64,000 bases of DNA, from the NCBI RefSeq assembly GCF_006345805.1, contig NC_042998.1, positions 99,200,001 to 99,264,000 on the forward strand. Reading direction: 5' to 3'. Under the pieces are notes generated by a model, which was not told the DNA's origin, did not search any database, and saw nothing but the letters and a program-made list of their open reading frames with translations. This document shows, one piece after another, positions 53,501 through 64,000 of this stretch. Position 1 is the first letter of the stretch. Every line of letters begins with the position of its first letter. The position numbers and the translations under genes are program-made. The DNA is from Octopus sinensis (Eukaryota).

Positions 53501-56191
53501 AAAGATATTTCATGGTCATATTTCTCATAAAAAACATTTTCTAGGTGTTTCAATTAATTTTTAAAGTAATTGAAAATTTTAAGTGGTTTAGTAAAATACT
53601 TAATTTTCCCATCTATTGGTTGTTGTTGTTGCTTAGATCCAGGTCAGTCTTCATTAGCAAGGCCTACAATCAAAGACTTTCCAGCCTTGATCCTCCTACC
53701 TTTTTGTATTTTTATCACAGGCAATATTGTCCAGTGCATACTTAAGATGATAAAGTGTAGTTTGAGGGTGGTTGCTATTTCAAGCAGTTTAATCAGCCAG
53801 ATAGCGGCTTCCTCATTTCATTGATGTATCAATATGGTCTTTGTAACATAACTTAAGATTCATTCTTAATATTATGATAGAAGGTCTTAATTTAAATATA
53901 TAAAGTTTAACACAAGTTGTTCTATATCATAGAACTAGGTGGTCTCAGGTATTAAAATGGTTGATCTTTACATTAGTGGCAAAAGTCAATTACTCTGATA
54001 CTGAACTCCAGTTTCTCTAAGAGAGGAGAGACAAATCTTCTGTTGAACAAACAGTTACTTTATTACATGGACTTTCTCAAAAATACTTCCAGCCCAGTCC
54101 TTATATGGCTGTGTAGTTAAGTAGTTTACCAGTTTGATCCAACTGCATGGAACTTTGGCTGAGTGCTTTCAGAGAGACCATTCCTGTTCTTGAATGGAAG
54201 ATTTTATTTGTTGCCTGGTTTAACACAACCATCTGGTTTGTGGGTGCTTTTAGTAGAGCTCAGGAGTTTACTTTGTTGTAAGCATTTCAGCCATATCTCC
54301 CATTTGCAGGTAGCTTTCTTCCTTCCATCTACCAGATTCAGATGTCCAGACTTGGATCATGAACTCTACATTTCCATCTCAGACTAAGCCATTAGAAGAA
54401 AAGAAATACAAAATAACTAAGGTAGTACAAAATAACATACTGTCCTATTACACAACACCAGAATAGATTTGAACCGATAGTCTATGTAGTGAAATTCAAA
54501 TTTCCTATCTAGTTAGATATTTTGTTTTTTCTAAGTATATGAGGGAGATAAAAAGATAAGGAAAATATTAAGAGCAACCCGTACATCCAGCTCAACAAAT
54601 ATGATATACTTTTGAGTGATTTGGTACTTCTTTGTACATACCAACATGCATTATGACAAAGATTATTTTTTTCACTCTTAAAGCAATTTTCTCATGGTTA
54701 AAAAATTTACTTCCCAACCACATGGTTTTTGGGTTCAATTTCTTGAACTTTACACATATAAACTTGGAGCTTAAAACTAGCCAATTAAACATTGAAGGCC
54801 AACCAATAGATCCAGTTTATCAAATATACTATGCTCTAGTCTGGCCTGGTACTTCACTGCACACTCTGATATGACATATTTTGTTCCTGAACCTTACTTA
54901 AATAGATTTATACAACATCATTAGATAATCAGACATTTGAAAACAACTTACAAGTTATATAGACTCCAGAGAGCTGTTGAATACCTTTATAGATTCCTTG
55001 TATCATACTGAGGGTACATTGCATTCAGATTGTGATTCCTGCATTAACAGCAACAGAAGCTTGAAAGTGAATTTGACTAATGTAGAATAGCAGAGATTAT
55101 TACTTGGTATTTGTAATAGCAATCTAGTAACCCAGTACTTGTGCCTAGGCAATTGATGTTATAACTATTCTGACATACACATATTGTTTGTCTTCTGCAA
55201 TGCAAGTGATAAGGATTTTCAAAATGTTTCTCCTCTAAGTCCCTTGCTAACTATGTTGTTGTTGATGGTGAAGGTGGTGGTGGTGGCGGCGGTGGAGATG
55301 ATGGCATAGGCAGTTTTGATAGTGATAGATAAATTATTTTGTTGTGATAACCTGGAGAACTTGTAGCATTTATTATTTGCATAATGCAATGTAGTGTAAT
55401 GGCATAATCATTATAAACTGATCACCAAAAGTCATTGGATGAAAAGAGTGCCACAGAAGATTTTGTTTCCATAAAGAGTATATGGACTAAGTTATGTTAA
55501 CAGAGAATACCCCTTTCCAAGTTATGTTCACTGAAGGAATGAACTTATCATTGATAGCTAACAAAATACTAATTTTACAATGCAATTGCTGCATACAGCA
55601 ATGATTTGCATCACACTGTAAAAGCTCAAAGCAATGACTCTGCTGGCTAGAAATTGCAGTTGAATTTCTCTTAAATCACAATGCAGTTCTATATATGCAA
55701 AACGTCAGGATGGTCACAGACAGAATGTTTTTGATCATTTTGATCAAAGGTCTGTTTAATCAGGGGGCTAAACAACAACAATAACAATGACAGCTGGATG
55801 GGCCAAACCATTAGGAGTTAAGTATCTTGGCCATAGACACAGTGAAGTGTCTGTGACAGGATACCATCGGACCCACCAACCGTTCAGTTAGTAATCTGAC
55901 ACTATTGATTCGACCATCTTTACTTTGTTGTATAGAGTAATGTAGAAGTTAAGAAGAGTAAAGCTGTGTAGTGTAGTGTTTGGCATGGTTCCAAATATTT
56001 TTCATTTTCATATTGCTGTTTATGCTTCAAGCCTGTAATATATTCAAATATTATTTCTATATAAACTGTTTGGTTTCTTACTTGCATATGGCACTGAATG
56101 AAGGTAGAAACATTGCCAGACTGCTGCTAATGTGCCAAAGTGTTTGTGTGATGTGAAACAGGCTGCAAAATCTCATTTATGTGTATGATGT

Positions 56192-56223
<32 letters not shown>

Positions 56224-56766
56224 GTATATATATATGAATATATGTAATATACATATATGTAGTCTTTCACTTGGCTTTTCTTTTTTAATCTTTTTGTAGA
56301 CATTAATTAAGAATGGTTGTGGTTTATCTGCAGCTTCGCATGGTTGTCTGACATGTAGAGAATATTAATTTAGGGCAGCATTTCTTAAACTTTTGCCTGT
56401 ATTCTCCAATCCACTTTTACCAGTTCAATAATCCCATTTTTCCTGTCTTATAATAAAAAGGTCTTGTATGCAAATACATAGTTTATTCCTTAACATTAAC
56501 AAACAGCCTTTTCTCAGTTTAACATTCTTAAACTCAACATTACCAAGAATAAATCTAGCTAAAACAGCATGAATTATGACAGATTATTTTTTTCACTCTT
56601 AAAGCAATTTTCTCATAGTTAAAAAATTTGCTCCCCAACCACATGGTTTTTGGGTTCAATTTCACTGTGTGGCACCTTGAGTGAGTATCTTGAACTATAG
56701 CTACAGGGCAACCAAAGCTTTGTGAGTGGATTTGCTTGATGGAAATTGAAAGAATCCCATTGTATG

Positions 56767-56812
<46 letters not shown>

Positions 56813-57096
56813 TGGAACAAAAACAGAATAGGGGGCATTAAATGTTCGGACAGATAGATAACACAAAGGCAGACAAGAGAAACAACAATTAGAAGGATAG
56901 GCAAAAAAAGACGGGTCATTCTTGGCTTTCTTTCATCAGTCAAGTACCAGAAGTCACGAACATTTTGGACAGTTACACTTGAGATGGTTTGATCTGGTTG
57001 TTCCAAAAAAAGTCTAAGCTAAGAGCATTAGACCCCTTTGTAAGAAAGAAAGCTAGCAAAAGTGTACAGCAACAAAGACAAAAAAACAATATATAT

Positions 57097-57630
57097 ATAA
57101 TTGAAAGAATTTGGAGTCAACTAGAAGGAGTAGAGTTGGACATTTATTTTCAATCACTACAATTGTTTCCATGTAACGTAGTTCTTCAGGCATGCAGGTA
57201 CTTGATTATGCGACTGTTTCCCTGCATTATGAGATCTATTTTCCTCAGACAGTATGTAAATATTGTCTCCATAAGTTCAAATTCTCGGTTTCAAGGGCAT
57301 CCTCTGTCTCTCATGGCCTGGAGTTAGTAGTGGCCAGTTTGCCAGTGGACTCTCTGCCACAACACATCCTTTGATAAACTCAGTGGCTGCTACTAACTCC
57401 AGGCCATGACAGACAGTGAAGATGCCTTAGAAATTGAGAATTTGAACTTACGAAGACAATAATTACATATCACTTGAGGAAACACAACTAGGTCTCGTAA
57501 TGCAGGTAAATGGTTGCATTATCAAGTACTTACAAGCCTGGAGAACTACGTTGCATGGAAGCAATTGTAATTATTGAAAATAAATGTCCAACTGTACTCC
57601 TTCTTGCTGGCTCCAAATTCTTTCAGTTAT
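57097..57630. mobile_element. ~530-bp foldback element with a hammerhead-like core in each arm
   Basis: Arms of ~240 bp are reverse complements around a ~45-nt loop. CTGAGGA/GAAACAATTGTA motifs are present. Confidence 0.75.
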
Positions 57631-57741
57631 CTATTCACACATGACAGAAGCCCATATGCAAATGTGGAAGTATGTACTACCAGATAGTACAAGGTGAAAT
57701 CTGAAGGTGGACAAGCTTTATACTGTACTCTACTATGTTCT

Positions 57742-57825
57742 ATGCTATGATGCTATGATGGACCGTGAAGTCTGGCGTAGCATGGTAAATTCCATTGTCT
57801 CGACCACGGTCGAACAATGATGATG
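57742..57825 (+). mobile_element. 84-bp LINE 3'-end insertion with 10-bp TSD
   Basis: Reads AMMDREVWRSMVNSIVSTTVEQ* then (TGA)n. Flanked by ACTATGTTCT at 57732-57741 and 57826-57835. Confidence 0.85.
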
Positions 57826-60800
57826 ACTATGTTCTTAAAAGACTACACCATATATATATATAACTGAAGAGATGGCAGCGTGGATTTCCACCTCAGCATC
57901 TGAAACTCGGAGTTTTATCATGGCTACCGAATAATTGTCACATATTACATTTACAGATAAATTCCTCTATTTACATAATATCGAGGCCTCTTTCTTTCTT
58001 TTGTTGTCTTACCATTTTATCAATATATATATAAGCACCCATGCTGGTGCCACATAAAAGCACCTGGTACACTTTGGAGTGGTTTGAAAGGATATCCAGC
58101 TGTACAAACCATACCAAAATAAACTGGAATCTGGGCAGCTGAGAAGCTGCCCAGTTCTTGTTAAACCATCCAATCCATGCCAACATGGAAAGCAGACATT
58201 AAATGATGATGTGTGTGATGTGAACCATCTCCTTGCCTTGACATTCTGTGATAATTCTAAGTGAGTGTCACCATCATACAAGCAGTGCCTTTCTTTTCCA
58301 GGCTGCCATGAAAATATGTCTGGTCATGAGGAAATATTACCTTATTTGAAAACAAGTAAGGGTTGGTGATAGAAGGGACATCTAGCTGTTGAAAATCTAC
58401 CTCAACAAATTCCCTCCAACCCATGCAAACCTGGAAAAAGTGGGTGTTAAAACAGTGATGAGGAAATGCCAAATTTTCCCCTGGAATGCTGAAATTTTTT
58501 TCTCTTGGTTAAGAATTGTAGATTTAGGATTTGATGTGCTTTCTAACAAAAACACAGAGAGCTACAAATAAGATTAGTGGTTATTGATGAGGTTGAGATC
58601 TTATTGATAAATCATTGATGTGTTTTCTTTGTCTTTATTAACTTGAATGCTCATAAAGTGATTGAGTGAGTAATGGGGGAAGGGAAGAGATTTATAAGTG
58701 AGAGAAAGAGACAGGGAGATAGAAAGAGAGTGAGGAAGGGAAGAAGTGAGTGATGTAAGGAAATAAGAAGTGGGTGTAGTAAGGAGCTAGTGGGTGTGGA
58801 TTAAAAGAGAGAAATTTGAGATGCTGCTGTGGGGTAGTAACAGGTCATCTACCACTTGGTTTGTTAAATAAACATTGAAGTCTTGACATTATTTTTTTGC
58901 ATCTAAGTAAAGGAAATAGATTTTCTTTTTTTTATTTTGTTTTGTTGAATCCATCAAGTTAAGAGGTTGTTCTTTTTGTTGTTTACTCCCACCCACCTCT
59001 ATCAACCCTACTCCAAGTAGACCTATGATCAAAGACATTCCACCTATGAATACTCTTGTTTACACACCAAGTAAATCTAGGGATACATTAACTAACATGT
59101 AATCCTTTTTTAAAGAAGATAGATTCGATTTGTGAGAGATTTGACTGCTATTTCTAGCTGGCTTAATAACCACTCTGAAGCTCTTTCATCAGTTTGTGAG
59201 ATTAAGAGGCTGAGTGGTTGAATGGGAAGTTTGATATCTCAATGGATAAGGGAATATGACTTAACAGTCGCTATTTTTACTGTTTTCAAAAGAAAACATA
59301 GATAAATAATGGTTATATAGAATCCATGTGAAGGCCTTTCACGTTGTGTTAATATTGTAAAGAATTTGTATAGTTTTACTATTTTCTATTATAACTTAGT
59401 GGAAGGTATCCAAACTAGAAGGACAACTTCAAGCCAAGGGAGATGCACTGTAACAGCTACTCTGACTCATAGGACTCACACTTGCAGATAGCCATCTCTA
59501 TCCCAATAATGGTGAGTGAGGATATGGTCCAGGGGTCAAAAACACCAGAGGTCTCCTATGCTCCTGGCTTGACCATAAAGCTATCAGAAAGTGACCAATA
59601 TAGTTTGCTCTTCTCAGCCTAACGAGCAGTGGATCCTAGACTGGTAGTTGATCACAGTAAGTTGCTACTGGAGAAGGTGTCACAGCATGTCACATCCTAG
59701 TAGATGGGGGTCCTACCACCACAGAATGGGAAAATCATCATGCTGTCAGGTTTTTTACTGTCCCTTCAGTCTAGCCTTGCTGGCTCAAACTAGGAACAGA
59801 AGCCTGTGGCCTCTAGGCCATGCTTTATGATTTCGTTAAGAGCAACATGGAGCAGAAGGCAGCCAGCACTATAACCCCTCACTAGCTGTAAGTGCCTGTA
59901 AAAAGTATCAACCCTGGCATTAACTCAGATAAGAAAAGACCTCAGGTGGGTCATGACTCTGTTCATCTCCAAGAGAGCTTGAAATGGAAACAAATGGATA
60001 AGAAGAGTTTTTAACCAGCCACAACCACACCTCAAATAGCCCTCATCGGCAGTGGTACTGATTCTGCATGTATCTGAAGTCCCAGACCTTCCCTTTTGAA
60101 GATGAAAACATTCATTCATTCATTCAATGTTACACCCAGTAATTAGTAAGGTATGTTTTATATAGTGTGGCTGTTGTACTTCAGAAGACAAATGTTCTAC
60201 TATAGCCTCAAATTGAGTAAAGCTGTAGTGAAATTTAGCAAACAGAAACTGTACAGAACCCCCCCCCCCCCCACACACACACACACACACACAAGTGTGT
60301 GCATATGTGTGTGTGTTAACAAAAGTATCTTGTGATATTTTATGTAAGTTGCTTACATGTAAATTGCTTCCCTTTAGATCTTCTTGACTCTGAATTTCAT
60401 CCACCTCTGAATTAGATCAAATAAGTTCCAAGGTATCAGTCTATATAATAGGCAGTGGACTGGCAGAATCATTAGAGGTTGTGGTATGTAGTTAAGATCC
60501 TTTGTATTCCAAATTCAAATTCTGCTAAGGCCAAATTTGCCTTTCATTCCTTCTTGCTCAACAAAGTATAAGGCCTTTAATATTCCTATAAAGCATCCTA
60601 GATGAGGCTAGAAATATGATAGACGACCAAGAGTAAGACATATTTTCAGTTTAGTGACTGAATCCAGTAAAAATAAATAAGAATTGCAGAGATTAGTTCC
60701 ATGGGATAATGAGTAATGGGTAGCAAATTTACAACAATATTTTCATTTTCAGGCATGGCTATTTATGTTTGTTTACATTACTAATGCACTTAGGAATGGA

Positions 60801-61009
60801 ATGTTATAACTTCCATTTCTTCCTTCCCTTAAATTAATAATCACCTATTAACAGATATAGTAAGTTATTAAAAGACAAGGTGATTCTATCATATTTGCAT
60901 GGGTTATTGCCAATGTTATAATTCCTGGTGTTATGTATTAGGTGTTGTATGAAGTTTTGTGTTTTAAACATATAGGAAGTTTTAAGGCATATATAACAAG
61001 TACATATAT

Positions 61010-61059
61010 GTACTTGCTTCGGCACTACATACACTAAAATTTGGAACGATACAGAGAAG
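61010..61059 (+). pseudogene. RNU6: 3'-truncated U6 snRNA copy
   Basis: GTACTTGCTTCGGCACTACATACACTAAAATTTGGAACGATACAGAGAAG matches the U6 5' half including the ACAGAGA box (61051-61057). The 3' half is missing. Confidence 0.9.
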
Positions 61060-61076
61060 CATTCCATATTTTTTAA

Positions 61077-61435
61077 AGGTACAAGCATGGTTATGTGGTA
61101 AGCTTGCTTCCCAACCACATGGTTGTGGGTTCAGTCCAACTGCATGGCACTATATATTATTAAAGTGGTGCTCAAGTATGACTGAAACAAGTGAAAGAAT
61201 GTGTGTGTGTATCTATGTGTGTATCTTTGTATCTGTGCTTGTTCACCACCCCCACTTGACAACCAGTGTTGGTGTATTTACATCCCCATAACTTAGTGAT
61301 TCAGCAGGAAAAAAAACTGATAAAATAAGTACCAGGCTTATAAAAATAAGTCCTGGGGTCAATTTGTTTGACTAAAACCCTTCAATGCAGTGCCCCAGCA
61401 TGGTCACAGTCAAATCACTGAAGCAAGTAAAAGAA
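61077..61435 (+). mobile_element. Family A SINE, rearranged/partly deleted
   Basis: Head 61077-61150, partial tail 61160-61198, full tail 61230-61435. Confidence 0.8.
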
Positions 61436-61921
61436 GATAAAAGATAACAATATACAGATGTATGGCATTGTTTAAAATGATAAAAACTTGAATCACATTC
61501 ATGTATTTTTTATGATTTTCATTTCATCATTTTGGTTTTTGGGTTTAAATCTCTACCTTTGTTCAGTTTTTTTTTTTTTTTTTTTGTTTTTGGTCTCAAG
61601 GATCACTAATGAAAATACTTATATGATACTGAAGTTTATTACCAAACAAACCTTTAAATTGACTAAGTTTGGGACACTAGTTATCTTAAGATTACTTGCA
61701 ACATTTTATGGTCTGTTTATTGACCTTTTTGAAAACAACCTGCTTGAGATAATCCCTGGTTCTATGATACTAACTTCCTATTTTTAACTAATCTAAATTA
61801 TAACTTTGTATCAAAACTTCTTGTTAATTTATGTTCCAAAAACCAAGTTAATAATGAAAAAGTATTTCGTTTTTGGATTTGGTTTGCAAGATTCTTTATA
61901 TGAGTTCGTGTATTGAAGCAT

Positions 61922-62113
61922 ATTCTGTTGTGTCTGAGGAGAGTCATTTTCTTTTTTTTTTGTGCCTTATAATTTAACATACACACAAGTTGCAAGATGC
62001 AACGAAAATTTTTCGGAAAATAAAAATAAGAAATAAGTGGAAATTTTACTGGTGTGTATGTTACATTATAAGGCACAAAAAAATAAAATGGCTCTCCTCA
62101 GACACAACAGAAT
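61922..62113. mobile_element. MITE-like hairpin
   Basis: 61922-61985 is the reverse complement of 62052-62113 (ATTCTGTTGTGTCTGAGGAGAG...). Confidence 0.75.
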
Positions 62114-62899
62114 GAAAAAGTAATCTAACTAAATTATTTATTTTATGACATTACTCGACACAAAGAATGTATTTCAACAGAAATAACATTACTGTTGAAT
62201 ATTTCAACAGAAATAACACATTCCCCCTGGCCCAGGCAAATGAAATATTTAATAATTAAAAAAAGATTTTAGTAAGAGAAATAAATTGATATAACACTTT
62301 CTGTTAATATAACTACAAAATGACAAAATCCTGCTTTTTCAGTAAAAACTACTGGTAATAGTAATTTCTTTGTGAATAAAGGTATTGTCACTAAACTACA
62401 TATGTCCTGTTGGCCTATGAAGGACCCCTGTTAGACTATCACACAAAGACTCTTTCTTTAGACAATTTCTGTTTGCCATGCCATGCAAATTTCTTAAAGC
62501 CTCTCTATCTTAGTGTAGGTCATAGTAATATAAACACATTTTCTTTAAGATATTTTTCTCTGGGTATTTTAAAGTTAGCTCTCATTTCAGCTGTTGTGTG
62601 TGAGTGTGTGTGTACTCTATATTTTCTATGCAGGATTTTTGCGGCCCCTTTCTTCTTGTGCGTGTAATTCATATAGATTCACAACTGTAGCATCAACTGC
62701 CTGTTAAGTTCTCATGCACTCTCCATGATTACATATTTCACTAAGATGAATTCAAATTGAACTTTCAGGATTCATAAGCATCTATCTGCTCTATCTCTCT
62801 TTGTGTGTGTGTGAACAAATGTATCTATATATAAAATATAAGAAGGAAAATGCACACAGTTTACATAGTTTTTATATATTTCTTTTTATATATATATTT

Positions 62900-63170
62900 T
62901 ATAAGTGAAAGTGTTTGTCGACCGGTTTCACTTTCGCTAATCATGACATTAAAATTATTGTAATAACGGTATTTTCTAAAGAAGATTCAATCACAAATTT
63001 CTCCACACACAACATGGACTTATGGTCTCTAAGACGATTCAAACAGTATATATGTAAAAAAACATAAGCTTGTTTTTGAAGCATTGAAATGTATTGTAGA
63101 ACAAGTACACAACATGGACTAAAATCTTCTTAAGAAAATACGAAATTACAATAATTTCAATGTCATGATT
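62900..63170. mobile_element. Foldback element with hammerhead-like 3' half
   Basis: AATCATGACATTAAAATTATTGTAAT..GAAGATT (62939-62987) is inverted at 63123-63170. Minus strand reads GAAACCGGTC near 62920-62929. Confidence 0.6.
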
Positions 63171-64000
63171 GAAATACTATTTAACCTATAAAATATATAT
63201 ATCGTTATCATCATCATCATCGTTTAATGTCCATTTTTTATGCTGGCATGGATTGGACGGTTTGACTGAGGTCTGGAGAGCCAGCAGCTATATATATATA
63301 TATAGTCTGAATTTTATAGTGTTAATTATCCATCACAGCTAGTCTTATCAATCATTTTTGTGTGGAGTTATATAATGGAGTGTTAGGCAACAAACCAGTT
63401 ATATGGTATACACTCGTCAGAGACAGCCACTATATAATTTCATGCAAAACTGACTGGTAAGACAAGCTGTGATGGATAATTAACACTATAAAAATCAGAC
63501 AATATACCCACTCAACTAACAGTTATACGAGTGCATCTTCTCCCTGACTTATGGTCTCTAAGACGATTCAAACAGTATATATATTAAGTCATATGTAAAA
63601 AAACATAAGCTTCTTTTTGAAGCATTGAAATGTATTGTAGAACAAGTACAAATATATATTTTTCAATCCATAAATACTGATAGAACAGCATTTACACGTT
63701 GAGAAATATATCTTTCTACTTGTTATATATATGTACATATATATTTTCCTTCTTTTATTTTATATGTATATTTTTTTGCATTACAACTCACCACGTGGGG
63801 ATAATCAAAATTCTCCTCCTCCCTTTTTGTTATATACATATATATATATCATTATCATCATTCAATGTATATGTTCCATACTGGCATTGATTGGCCAATC
63901 TAACAAGATCTGACTAGAATGAGGACTGCATTGGTCTCCAGAGTCTGCTTTGGCAAGGTTCCTATGGCTGGATGCTTTTCCTAATGCCAAACACTTTGCA

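Noticed and set aside
59390-60125. GC-richer segment as a possible exon (also 41640-42060 and 49800-50460)
   Set aside because: No sustained reading frame or recognisable protein motif. Probably old retroelement remnants that could not be classified.
61010-61059. Functional U6 gene
   Set aside because: The 3' half (ISL and U-tail) is absent and the 5' half carries mutations.
53046-64000. Third exon of the ankyrin gene
   Set aside because: No ankyrin-like phase-1 exon was recognised by eye. It probably lies beyond the window, though a small exon could have been missed.

Overview
AT-rich, microsatellite-dense eukaryotic DNA. The repeat repertoire (tRNA-derived SINEs with central microsatellites, RTE LINE tails ending in (GAT)n) points to an octopus genome; this is an inference from recalled repeat families. 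Only one host gene is supported: the 5' part of a + strand ankyrin-repeat protein of the ANKS1/caskin type. It has a CpG-rich promoter (~5280-5680), coding exon 1 at 5679-5738, a 47.1-kb first intron and coding exon 2 at 52862-53045. No third exon was recognised. Almost everything else is decayed mobile DNA: CR1/L2-like and RTE LINEs, a rearranged Gypsy remnant, two Tc1/mariner remnants, several SINE families, MITE-like hairpins, a U6 snRNA fragment and simple repeats. The best leads are: (i) long foldback elements with minimal hammerhead-ribozyme cores, probably Penelope-derived; (ii) a 2.1-kb higher-order array built from an RTE LINE 3' UTR with hairpin repeats that only superficially resemble CRISPR; (iii) a Gypsy remnant with gag-pro inverted relative to RT-RNaseH-IN; (iv) local templated duplications with junction microhomology. 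Boundaries of degraded repeats were estimated by eye and are approximate. Most ORF-track entries are microsatellite or repeat noise.
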